Part shown: positions 7,700 through 15,892 of the stretch, piece by piece
Numbering within the stretch: the stretch's first letter is position 1
Layout of the letters: every line of letters begins with the position of its first letter
Translations under genes and position numbers: made by a program
Virus record (IMG/VR): IMGVR_UViG_3300047545_000041
Location: 1 to 60,036 of that record
Source: a virus
Lineage: Duplodnaviria; Caudoviricetes
Reading direction: 5' to 3' (one strand)
DNA: 60,036 nt
Notes under the pieces: model-generated
Databases searched by the model: none
What the model was told of the DNA's origin: nothing
What the model saw: only the letters and a program-made list of their open reading frames with translations

Positions 7700-8524
7700 A
7701 TGAATCAAAACAACGCTATCGGTATGTTCATGGGGCTGTTCATTGGTGATGCTCTTGGTGGGCCTCTTGAATTTACTGAGCCTAACACTGGCAACCCACT
7801 CAAGGACATGGTCGGTGGTGGTGTTCATGAGTTGGGTATTGCTGAGTGGACAGACGATGGTGCTATGGCAATGGCTATCGCTGATGCCTACCTGACATAC
7901 AAACGCTTTGCTCCCGGCATCATTGCACAGAACTTCAAACAGTGGAGAAACAATGGAACATTCGGCACTCGCAATTATTGTTTTGATATTGGAACTACTA
8001 CTGCTGAAGCGCTGAGTGCATCGTCCAACAAGCGTCCCTATGGTGGCTCTTGTGCATTGATGACAGACGGTAATGGGAGTGCCATGCGACTGGCTCCACA
8101 CATCCTGTTCAACCACAACAACAAGACAATGGCGATTGCTGAGTCTGTTGCTGGTGGCTTGCTCACTCACGGTACAGGTAAGTGTGTTGCTTACAGCGCT
8201 GCACTGGCTGAAGAGTTGTTCGATGGTGCAACTGTTGGCAACCAAGACCTGTTCGACAAAGGCATCAAGGAAGAGAGCGGCACAGTGATGGGTTGTTATG
8301 CATCGGCATGGCAGTCTGTTGCAGCTACATCGTCCTTCGAAGACGCTCTCATCCACGCTGTCAACAAAGGCGGTGACGCTGATACAGTTGGTGCTGTGAC
8401 AGGTATGATTGCTGGTCGTATCTATGGCTACGATGCCATCCCTCAACGATGGATTGATGCGCTGGTTGACCACGACAAGTTGTTGGCGACAGCAACTATG
8501 CTTTACAACATGGGTGACAAATGA
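7700..8524 (+). CDS. ADP-ribosylglycohydrolase (DraG/ARH family)
   Basis: GDALG, WTDDG, DIG.TT, GNGSAMR, GGDADTVGAVTG. Confidence 0.92.
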   Translation: MNQNNAIGMFMGLFIGDALGGPLEFTEPNTGNPLKDMVGGGVHELGIAEWTDDGAMAMAIADAYLTYKRFAPGIIAQNFKQWRNNGTFGTRNYCFDIGTTTAEALSASSNKRPYGGSCALMTDGNGSAMRLAPHILFNHNNKTMAIAESVAGGLLTHGTGKCVAYSAALAEELFDGATVGNQDLFDKGIKEESGTVMGCYASAWQSVAATSSFEDALIHAVNKGGDADTVGAVTGMIAGRIYGYDAIPQRWIDALVDHDKLLATATMLYNMGDK

Positions 8525-8718
8525 CTGTTAGACTTAGCAAAGATGGCACAGCCATTGTAGACACCGAATACTATTGGCAACCCATTGCAACATGCCCAAG
8601 GTCTGCGAAGGTGCAGCTACTGAGTGTGCATGGTGTTGCTGTGTACGGTGAACTGCGTAGTGATGATAAGTTCTGGACACATTGGGCACCACTGCCTAAG
8701 AAACCTAAAGAGGAATGA
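8521..8718 (+). CDS. DUF551-like small protein
   Basis: WQPIAT...THWAPLP. Confidence 0.65.
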   Translation: MTVRLSKDGTAIVDTEYYWQPIATCPRSAKVQLLSVHGVAVYGELRSDDKFWTHWAPLPKKPKEE

Positions 8719-8937
8719 TATGTTCTATACGTGCTGTGGCACATGCCAAAATAAGTGGGAGCTTGGTACAGCAAGCACCTGTACATGCAGACCTGTGGTT
8801 GATTACGACAGGGCTATCGAGCTGTTGTATCGTTGTGAAAACGAGATGCGTTATGCGGGTTGGTGGAAATATGAAGCTGATAACACTGCAAGGAATGGCG
8901 TGTACGAGCAAGTCAAACAATTTCTGGAGAAGAACAC

Positions 8938-10017
8938 ATGAACAAAGACAAAGCACTCGACTTGGCGCTGGAGGCGTTGGAACACATGCTTGAAGACGCT
9001 AAACAAGAGCGTTTGACTGTGGAATATTGGAATGAGTGTGTTGACGCCATCACCGCGATCAAGCAAGCCCGTGCCCTCGACAAGAAGGCAGAGAACGCCA
9101 GAGAGTTGGGGCTGGACTATGAGCCTGTGCAGGAGCCTGTGGCGTGGCGCACTTTTGACGGTGAAGGTGGATATGACTATCGCACCTACGAAATGAACGA
9201 GGGCTATGCCAAAGAATGGAACGAGCGCAACCCAAAGCATAAGGGTTGGGTTGAACCCCTCTACACCACCCCACCCGCACAACCAGCACCTGCGCAGGAG
9301 CCTGTGAAACTGCGTCGAGGCGATGTCTTGCGGTGCATTGAGACTGATGAGCTTTGCACTGTGTGGGCTACATCTACTACCCACAAGACATTGGTTAAGT
9401 GGGGCGGCAACGACTTCTCCGATTACACAGCAGAGCAAATTGGCGAACTGTTTTGGCTTGAGCCTGAATCCAGTGACGTTGAAATTGCGGCAGAGCAATC
9501 TGACAACTACGCCGCCTTCCACGCTGGCGTTAGGTTTGCAAGAGCGCATTCGTTTACAACGCCGAAACAAGAAGAAGTTGAAATTGACTGGCCTGATTAC
9601 CACGAACAAGGCATGGGTTGCGGACTTGAAGATCGAGGCATCACAGACCGCTATGAAGCGATGCGCTACGGGTGGGACGAAGCCTTGGATAAGGCGGTGG
9701 AGTCTGTGAATCTGCTTGGCCCTCTCTACACCATCCCACCCGCAGCACCTGTGCAGGAGCCTGTGGCGTGGATGTTGCCGGGCACAGATTCGTTTCTTAC
9801 TGCGGCATCAAAGACGCACCACGGAGTTAGGGCTGAGTCTTATACGACACCCCTCTACACCACCCCACCCGCAGCACCTGTGCCCGACTACGCTTGGCCC
9901 ACCGTTGCCGACTACGAAAAAGACGTGGGCTTTGAAGTCAATGAAGCCTTCAAGATGGCTTGGGTGATGGCACGAACAACCAACGATTTGTTTACACAGA
10001 TGGGGAAGAACACATGA
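8938..10017 (+). CDS. Modular EPVAW/PLY-repeat protein (Eaa/Ead-like mosaic accessory protein)
   Basis: Repeated PLYTTPPAAPVQEPVAW linkers separating unrelated segments; GGAG RBS. Confidence 0.7.
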   Translation: MNKDKALDLALEALEHMLEDAKQERLTVEYWNECVDAITAIKQARALDKKAENARELGLDYEPVQEPVAWRTFDGEGGYDYRTYEMNEGYAKEWNERNPKHKGWVEPLYTTPPAQPAPAQEPVKLRRGDVLRCIETDELCTVWATSTTHKTLVKWGGNDFSDYTAEQIGELFWLEPESSDVEIAAEQSDNYAAFHAGVRFARAHSFTTPKQEEVEIDWPDYHEQGMGCGLEDRGITDRYEAMRYGWDEALDKAVESVNLLGPLYTIPPAAPVQEPVAWMLPGTDSFLTAASKTHHGVRAESYTTPLYTTPPAAPVPDYAWPTVADYEKDVGFEVNEAFKMAWVMARTTNDLFTQMGKNT

Positions 10018-11102
10018 AACTAGCCCGTTACATGCAACGTGTTGACAAAGACGGTGTCGCCTACTACCGATACAACCCACCCGCCGATGCTGTTGAAGCT
10101 AACATTGTCAAGCGAATCAAGATAGGCACCAACCTTGTTGAAGCCATCAACTATTGCAACGAACAGAATGAATTGCTTGACGAGTGGAGGCAGCATCACC
10201 GCTATCTCAAACACTTGACAGACAAGTCAACCGTCAACGACTTGACCAAGAGCTATGTCAACAGCCTTGAACATAGCAGGCTTGGTATAAAGACACGCTC
10301 AGACTATGCCTACTACCTCAAGCAATGGTATCAAGACCGCACAGCAGGGCAGGTGTTGTTGCACACAAGGCTTGGTAGCTTGTCAACACCGACATGCCAA
10401 CAAATCTATGACACTCACGCCAGCAACAGCATCAGCTTAGCCAACCATTCACTGGCTGTGTATCGATTGTTGTTTAGCTATGCTATCCGCAACGGGTTCT
10501 GTACATTCAATCCATTCACCAATGTAAAGCGTCAGACAGACCGACCACGCCGCACAGTGTGGACAAAGGAACACATCAAAGCTTTCATGGCTACAGCGTT
10601 CAGCAAGTATGAATGGCGAAGCATTGGCCTCATTGTGTACACCGCCTACTGTGCAGCGCAACGTCTTGGTGACATGCGTATGCTGACATGGGACAGCTAT
10701 GACATCAACACAGGGGTGTTGTCGTTGGAGCAGAGCAAACGTAGGGCAAGGGTGGCGATACCACTACCGAAGGACTTGCAAGAGATGCTAAAGCAACAAC
10801 ACCTTGACCTGTCATGGCAACCCTATATAATGCCAGCTTCAACGAAGAACACACCCAAGCCCTACAGTTTGCAGCAGTTGAGCAAGGTGGGTAAGGTGGT
10901 GATGCAAGAGGCTGGATTGCCTGACGAGTTGCAGCTAATGGACCTGCGTAGAACAGCCATCACAGAGATGGTTGAAGTTGGGGTGGCACTGACAAACGTG
11001 ATGGCTTTGAGTGGGCATGCCACAGTGCATAGCCTTACGCCGTATGTCAAACACACATTGAAGAGTGCTACAGTGGCACAGGAACTGAGGGGTATGGTAT
11101 GA
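10014..11102 (+). CDS. int: Tyrosine recombinase/integrase
   Basis: QRLGD (R), QSK (K), DLRRT, SGH and PYV catalytic motifs. Confidence 0.88.
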   Translation: MKLARYMQRVDKDGVAYYRYNPPADAVEANIVKRIKIGTNLVEAINYCNEQNELLDEWRQHHRYLKHLTDKSTVNDLTKSYVNSLEHSRLGIKTRSDYAYYLKQWYQDRTAGQVLLHTRLGSLSTPTCQQIYDTHASNSISLANHSLAVYRLLFSYAIRNGFCTFNPFTNVKRQTDRPRRTVWTKEHIKAFMATAFSKYEWRSIGLIVYTAYCAAQRLGDMRMLTWDSYDINTGVLSLEQSKRRARVAIPLPKDLQEMLKQQHLDLSWQPYIMPASTKNTPKPYSLQQLSKVGKVVMQEAGLPDELQLMDLRRTAITEMVEVGVALTNVMALSGHATVHSLTPYVKHTLKSATVAQELRGMV

Positions 11103-11248
11103 CAATCGAACACATCATTGTCGGTGCTACTGGCGTAGGCTATGCCATCGTTGGTGTGCTGCAATGGAGCAAGGGTGAACTAAGTAACGGTATGATCTGG
11201 ACAGGTTATGCCTTCGCACAAATTGGACTATGGATGAATATCAAATGA
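11099..11248 (+). CDS. 49-aa membrane peptide (not in the ORF track)
   Basis: MTIEHIIVGATGVGYAIVGVLQW...; overlapping stop/start on both sides. Confidence 0.55.
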   Translation: MTIEHIIVGATGVGYAIVGVLQWSKGELSNGMIWTGYAFAQIGLWMNIK

Positions 11249-11889
11249 CAACAGCAAAACTTATCTGGACAACACCTGACGCTGACAAACACATCGGCTA
11301 TTGCGCCCGTGTCAGCAACCCCAACAACCAAGACAACCCCAACGTTGCAGGACTGCTTAGCTATTGCGCTCGTAACGCACACTGGTCTGTGTTTGAAATG
11401 GCAAGTGTCTGCATCGAAGTGTCCACCACCCGCGACATTGCCCGACAAATCCTGCGACACAGAAGCTTTAGCTTCCAAGAGTTTAGCCAACGATATGCTG
11501 ACGCTACACAGCTTGGTGAGTTTGTCACCCGTGAGTGCCGCTTGCAAGACAACAAGAATCGTCAGAACTCTTTAGAGACAGACGACCCTGAACTGACAGT
11601 GTGGTGGGCAGCAGCACAGGCTAGGATGATTGCTGAGACTGAGTACTTGTACAGCGAAGCATTGAAGCGTGGCATTGCTAAAGAGCAAGCTCGTGCTCTA
11701 TTGCCTGAAGGGTTGACACCATCTAAACTGTACGTCACTGGCACTATGCGTAGCTGGATTACGTTCTTGCAAGCACGACTTGATGTAGCCACACAGAAGG
11801 AGCATCGACTAGTGGCACAGGATGTGTTGGCTGTGTTGCGTGATGTTGCACCTGTTACTATGTCTGCTTTCTTTGGAGAAAACAAATGA
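11245..11889 (+). CDS. thyX: FAD-dependent thymidylate synthase
   Basis: HWSVFE, RHRSFSFQEFSQRY, KEQARALLP, TQKEH. Confidence 0.95.
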   Translation: MTTAKLIWTTPDADKHIGYCARVSNPNNQDNPNVAGLLSYCARNAHWSVFEMASVCIEVSTTRDIARQILRHRSFSFQEFSQRYADATQLGEFVTRECRLQDNKNRQNSLETDDPELTVWWAAAQARMIAETEYLYSEALKRGIAKEQARALLPEGLTPSKLYVTGTMRSWITFLQARLDVATQKEHRLVAQDVLAVLRDVAPVTMSAFFGENK

Positions 11890-12071
11890 AGACTTACTGG
11901 ATTGTGGTACTCGCTGTATACACCACATGGATAACAACACTCATGTATACGAAGGTTGGTGAGATGTCGAGTCCACCATCAGTTCACACATGGACGTTGC
12001 CTGCAATGGCTTTATTTCTTACTGTAGTGCCAGCACTACTTGGCTATTTAATTGGGAAGGAACAAGCATGA
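11886..12071 (+). CDS. Small two-TM membrane protein
   Basis: Two hydrophobic segments; GGAG RBS. Confidence 0.55.
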   Translation: MKTYWIVVLAVYTTWITTLMYTKVGEMSSPPSVHTWTLPAMALFLTVVPALLGYLIGKEQA

Positions 12072-12322
12072 CCTGCAACTGCCACCCCCTGTCACCATTC
12101 CATTGGCAACAACATCCCCGCCCTTCCATCTTCGCTGACGACCCCTTGTTCAAAGCAAAGAACTCAGGCAAGACCGCATCACAGATCAGCACAGAAGTTG
12201 TGAAGCGTAAGCGTGATGAAGGCACCGACATGGGCACCATCTACGGACTCAACAAAGAACGTGACGAGGCTTTGCTGCATGCTAAGCGCTTCCATGTTTT
12301 CAGTAAGGCTGGAACTAAATGA
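12068..12322 (+). CDS. Hypothetical protein
   Basis: Starts MTCNCHP at the overlap with the previous stop. Confidence 0.55.
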   Translation: MTCNCHPLSPFHWQQHPRPSIFADDPLFKAKNSGKTASQISTEVVKRKRDEGTDMGTIYGLNKERDEALLHAKRFHVFSKAGTK

Positions 12323-13920
12323 GTTTCATTCGCACTCACGTTGCCTGTCCTGCTTGTGGTAGCAGCGATGGTGCATCAATCAATGCAGACGGTAGCGCCT
12401 ATTGCTTTGTCTGCACAACATTAACTCCCGGTACAGAAGGAATAGAAGTGATCGAACCCATTACACCAGCAGTGTCTGACACAAGCTTCATCAAAGCATT
12501 CAACACAGGTGTGCCAGTGTCTGTGTCAGAAAGACGCATCACCAAAACAACGATGGAGAAGTATGGCACTGTCCGTGACAACGGCAAATACTACTTCCCC
12601 TACTACGACAAAGACTCTGTGCTGGTGGCAGCAAAGGTCCGACCCGTAGACCGCAAAGACTTCAGCGCTGTTGGCAACTGGAAAGCTGCAACACTGTACG
12701 GACAGAACCTGTTCCCGTCCGGTGGCAAGTATCTAACAATCACTGAAGGCGAGTTTGATGCCTTGGCTGTGTTCCAGATGACAGGATCGAAGTGGCCTGT
12801 GGTGTCCATCAGGAATGGTGCAGCTTCAGCATTGAAAGATTGCAAAGCCAACTACGAATACATCAACAGCTTTGAAACCATTGTTGTCTGCTTCGATGGT
12901 GACGAACCCGGCATCAAGGCTGCAAAGGAAGTGGCTGAGTTGTTCGGTAGCAAGTGCAAGATATTCAAGCCCATGCCTGAGTTGAAGGATGCGTGTGACT
13001 GGTTGTCAGCAAGTAAGGAAGCACAGTTTGTTGACCGCTGGTGGAGGGCTGAGCAGTTTGTTCCAGACGGTATTGTCTCCGGCAGTTCGTTGTGGGACAT
13101 TGTGTCTGAGCCTATGGCACCTGCCGATTGCAAGTATCCTTGGGACGGCTTGAACGAACTCACCTATGGCATCCGACTTGGTGAACTTGTCACCATCACC
13201 GCAGGCTCAGGCTTGGGTAAGTCTCAAGTGTTGCGTGAGTTGGTGTGGCATCTGATTCAGAACACACCAGACAACATTGGCTTGATGTTCTTGGAAGAGA
13301 GTGTTCGTAAGACTGCACTGTCTATGATGTCGCTTGCTGCCAATGCACCGTTGCATCTACCTGACGCTGTCGTGTCTGATGAAGAACGCAAGAATGCTTT
13401 CGATGCAACGCTTGGCACTGGTCGCCTGTACCTGTTCGACCACTTCGGATCGACTAGCATTGAGAACATTGTCAACCGTGTTCGCTATCTGGCAAAGGGT
13501 ATGTCGTGTAAGTATGTATTCCTTGACCACTTGTCCATCATCATCTCAAGTCAGGAGAGTGGTGATGAACGCAAAGCCTTGGACGAAGTGATGACGAAGC
13601 TGCGTATGCTGGTGCAAGAAACCAACATCGCTCTCATCTTGGTCAGCCACTTGAAGCGTCCGTCTGACAAGGGTCACGAGGAAGGTGCAGCTACATCGTT
13701 GGCACAGCTTCGTGGGTCAGCATCCATTGCACAGCTTAGTGACATGGTGTTGGGTCTGGAACGTAACGGTCAAGCTGAAGACTTGATCGAACGTAACACC
13801 ACCCATGTGCGTGTGTTGAAGAACAGATACTCAGGCATCACAGGACCAGCTTGTCACTTGCTGTACAACAAAGAGACAGGTAGAATGTTTCAGACCGAAG
13901 TAGAACAGGACGTATTATGA
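12319..13920 (+). CDS. T7 gp4-like DNA primase-helicase
   Basis: CPACGSSD..C..C zinc finger; TOPRIM EGEFD/FDGD; Walker A GSGLGKS; DHL; LRGS; KNR. Confidence 0.95.
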   Translation: MSFIRTHVACPACGSSDGASINADGSAYCFVCTTLTPGTEGIEVIEPITPAVSDTSFIKAFNTGVPVSVSERRITKTTMEKYGTVRDNGKYYFPYYDKDSVLVAAKVRPVDRKDFSAVGNWKAATLYGQNLFPSGGKYLTITEGEFDALAVFQMTGSKWPVVSIRNGAASALKDCKANYEYINSFETIVVCFDGDEPGIKAAKEVAELFGSKCKIFKPMPELKDACDWLSASKEAQFVDRWWRAEQFVPDGIVSGSSLWDIVSEPMAPADCKYPWDGLNELTYGIRLGELVTITAGSGLGKSQVLRELVWHLIQNTPDNIGLMFLEESVRKTALSMMSLAANAPLHLPDAVVSDEERKNAFDATLGTGRLYLFDHFGSTSIENIVNRVRYLAKGMSCKYVFLDHLSIIISSQESGDERKALDEVMTKLRMLVQETNIALILVSHLKRPSDKGHEEGAATSLAQLRGSASIAQLSDMVLGLERNGQAEDLIERNTTHVRVLKNRYSGITGPACHLLYNKETGRMFQTEVEQDVL

Positions 13921-14390
13921 AAGCAATCATTGGCCCCTATCCAGACGATGACACAAAGCGTGTTGAAACCATCCTCCTTGATCCCTACGACACATGGAAC
14001 ATGGACCACACCTTAGCCCTCATCATTGTGCCCATGCTCAAGCAGTTGAAGGCTACGAAGCATGGTGCTCCGTGTGTTGATGACGAGTATGTGCCAGAAC
14101 ATCTTCGCTCTACAGCAGCAGCACCTAAAGAGAATGAGTGGGACACTGACACCAACCATTTCAAACGATGGGACTATGTCATTGATGAAATGATTTGGGC
14201 AATGGAACAGATTGTCGCTCATGACAACGAAGCCCAGTTCTATGACATGTCTGAGGTAGATGAAGAAACTGACATCCAATCACAACTCGATGCCATCAAG
14301 TGTGACTACGCTGCTCTTCAGAAACATCACGAACGTATCGCCAACGGCACTAAGCTATTCGGAATCTTTTTCAGCAGCCTCTGGGATTGA
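13917..14390 (+). CDS. Conserved phage hypothetical protein
   Basis: DTWNMDHTLA, WDYVIDEMIWA, LWD end. Confidence 0.75.
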   Translation: MKAIIGPYPDDDTKRVETILLDPYDTWNMDHTLALIIVPMLKQLKATKHGAPCVDDEYVPEHLRSTAAAPKENEWDTDTNHFKRWDYVIDEMIWAMEQIVAHDNEAQFYDMSEVDEETDIQSQLDAIKCDYAALQKHHERIANGTKLFGIFFSSLWD

Positions 14391-15092
14391 CTTGCAGTTA
14401 TCCATGTGCCATCTTTTCATGTTTGAAAATTGACCAACTTTATTACAGTGAGGGCAGGTTAGTTGTTTGGAATTTAAGGCGTGTACGTGGAGTGCCGCCT
14501 TATGTTCTTCAGAAAATTGTTTTGATCTACCTTTGTTCGCGTCACTGATTCTTTTTTTAGTTTCATTTGATAACGATCTTGTACCGTTGTCTTTGTAAAA
14601 AGTCTTGAGTGATTCGCTTAGTTTTTTCTTTCTATCGTCCGTCCACTTCTTTCCCTTAACTGCATTTCTTTGGTTGATCTTTGACTCCTCCGTTCTTTTG
14701 ATTCCATACGCTGGATGATTTTCACCCCTGATGTGTTCTTTACATTCTTTCATTAGTGTGTCATATGCTTTTGATGTAATGCGTTTATACCGCTTACTGT
14801 AAGGATCACCATGAATCATCACATGAAATGCGTAAGACATTTTTTTATTCCTATATGCCTTCCAAAGCATATAGTGAGCAATGTAATGAAGGCGAGGTGT
14901 AAGATGTACCATGTTTGATTGATCGTTACTACCACCCATACTTTTAGGAACAATGTGATGTTGTTCGGTATACCCTGTTACATTGATTGATAGTGCATGT
15001 TGAATTAGTCTGATGTACCTATTGATCATTGTTGTAGACTTGACGTCGAGCGCGTACAATTGACCTATCCAGTTTTGATCTTGTGTTTTCAT
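14355..15092 (-). CDS. HNH homing endonuclease with NUMOD3-like repeats, antisense to the operon (true start may be ~15029)
   Basis: EQHHIVPKSMGGSND..N.V.LTPR.H; GENHPAYG, SEEHK; CPHC; AT-rich. Confidence 0.85.
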   Translation of the reverse strand: MKTQDQNWIGQLYALDVKSTTMINRYIRLIQHALSINVTGYTEQHHIVPKSMGGSNDQSNMVHLTPRLHYIAHYMLWKAYRNKKMSYAFHVMIHGDPYSKRYKRITSKAYDTLMKECKEHIRGENHPAYGIKRTEESKINQRNAVKGKKWTDDRKKKLSESLKTFYKDNGTRSLSNETKKRISDANKGRSKQFSEEHKAALHVHALNSKQLTCPHCNKVGQFSNMKRWHMDNCKSIPEAAEKDSE

Positions 15093-15178
15093 GATAAAGT
15101 TATATCATACTTTATGGGATACAAGACAAACAGGCGACAGCAATATGCTGTAAATTTATACAACACAGAAAGACAACC

Positions 15179-15304
15179 ATGAAAACCTACAAAGAACTTG
15201 AACGTGAAGCTTACATGGCTGGCAACACAGAGTTGGCTAAGCTTTATGCTTTGCTTGATGACGCTGAGCAAGAGTTGCTTAGCCGTGAATATGGAGGCAC
15301 ATGA
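15179..15304 (+). CDS. 41-aa hypothetical protein
   Basis: MKTYKELEREAYMAG...; overlaps the next start. Confidence 0.5.
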   Translation: MKTYKELEREAYMAGNTELAKLYALLDDAEQELLSREYGGT

Positions 15305-15462
15305 TGAGTGACGGTGGTAAAGGCTCAACACAACGACCACGCTCCATTGCTGATGAAGAGTGGAGCAACCGATGGGATGCCATCTTCGGTAGGGATAAAC
15401 CGAAACAACCAGAGGAACAATCCAATGATAAAGTGGCTGAACAGGACGCTGATAGAGAGTGA
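15301..15462 (+). CDS. Small conserved phage peptide (SDGGKGS..RP...WDAIF)
   Basis: GGAGG RBS; recurring phage motif. Confidence 0.6.
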   Translation: MMSDGGKGSTQRPRSIADEEWSNRWDAIFGRDKPKQPEEQSNDKVAEQDADRE

Positions 15463-15892
15463 TCACCTATGTGCTTGCTTCACTGAGAAAGAGTATTACA
15501 AGACACTGAGGTCTTTGAACATACCCATTGCAGATTGGGACAGGTGGTTGATGCAAGATGCCTTAGCCACCACCCACTACTTCACCACTCCGAAGGGCAG
15601 CAGAGTCACCATCGTTTGTATTCCTGTTAAACCTGAAGCAGACGGTATTGATGTTGCAACATTGTTGGTACATGAAGCTGTCCATGTGGTGCAGGAATAC
15701 TTCAGATACATTGGTGAAGACAATCCCGGTAGTGAGATTGAAGCATACGCTATACAGAACACCAGCGCTCATCTGTTGAATGCGTATCGTGATAGACTAT
15801 TCCCGAAACCAAAGAAGGAAAAGAAAGATGGATTACATATGGGACATAGAGACGTACAAGACAGCGTTCACGTTCTCAGCGATCAGTGCTGA
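15425..15892 (+). CDS. Putative zincin-like metalloprotein
   Basis: HEAVH...EIEAY. Confidence 0.6.
   Translation: MIKWLNRTLIESDHLCACFTEKEYYKTLRSLNIPIADWDRWLMQDALATTHYFTTPKGSRVTIVCIPVKPEADGIDVATLLVHEAVHVVQEYFRYIGEDNPGSEIEAYAIQNTSAHLLNAYRDRLFPKPKKEKKDGLHMGHRDVQDSVHVLSDQC

Noticed and set aside
9120-9885. CRISPR array or diversity-generating retroelement
   Set aside because: The repeats are in-frame coding linkers with irregular long spacers; no cas or reverse transcriptase gene in the window
15091-15153. KLYHTLWD resembling a displaced 3' end of ORF 13917-14390 beyond the HNH insertion
   Set aside because: No stop follows WD, and the sequence is explained by the - strand TGATATAAC promoter; too short to support
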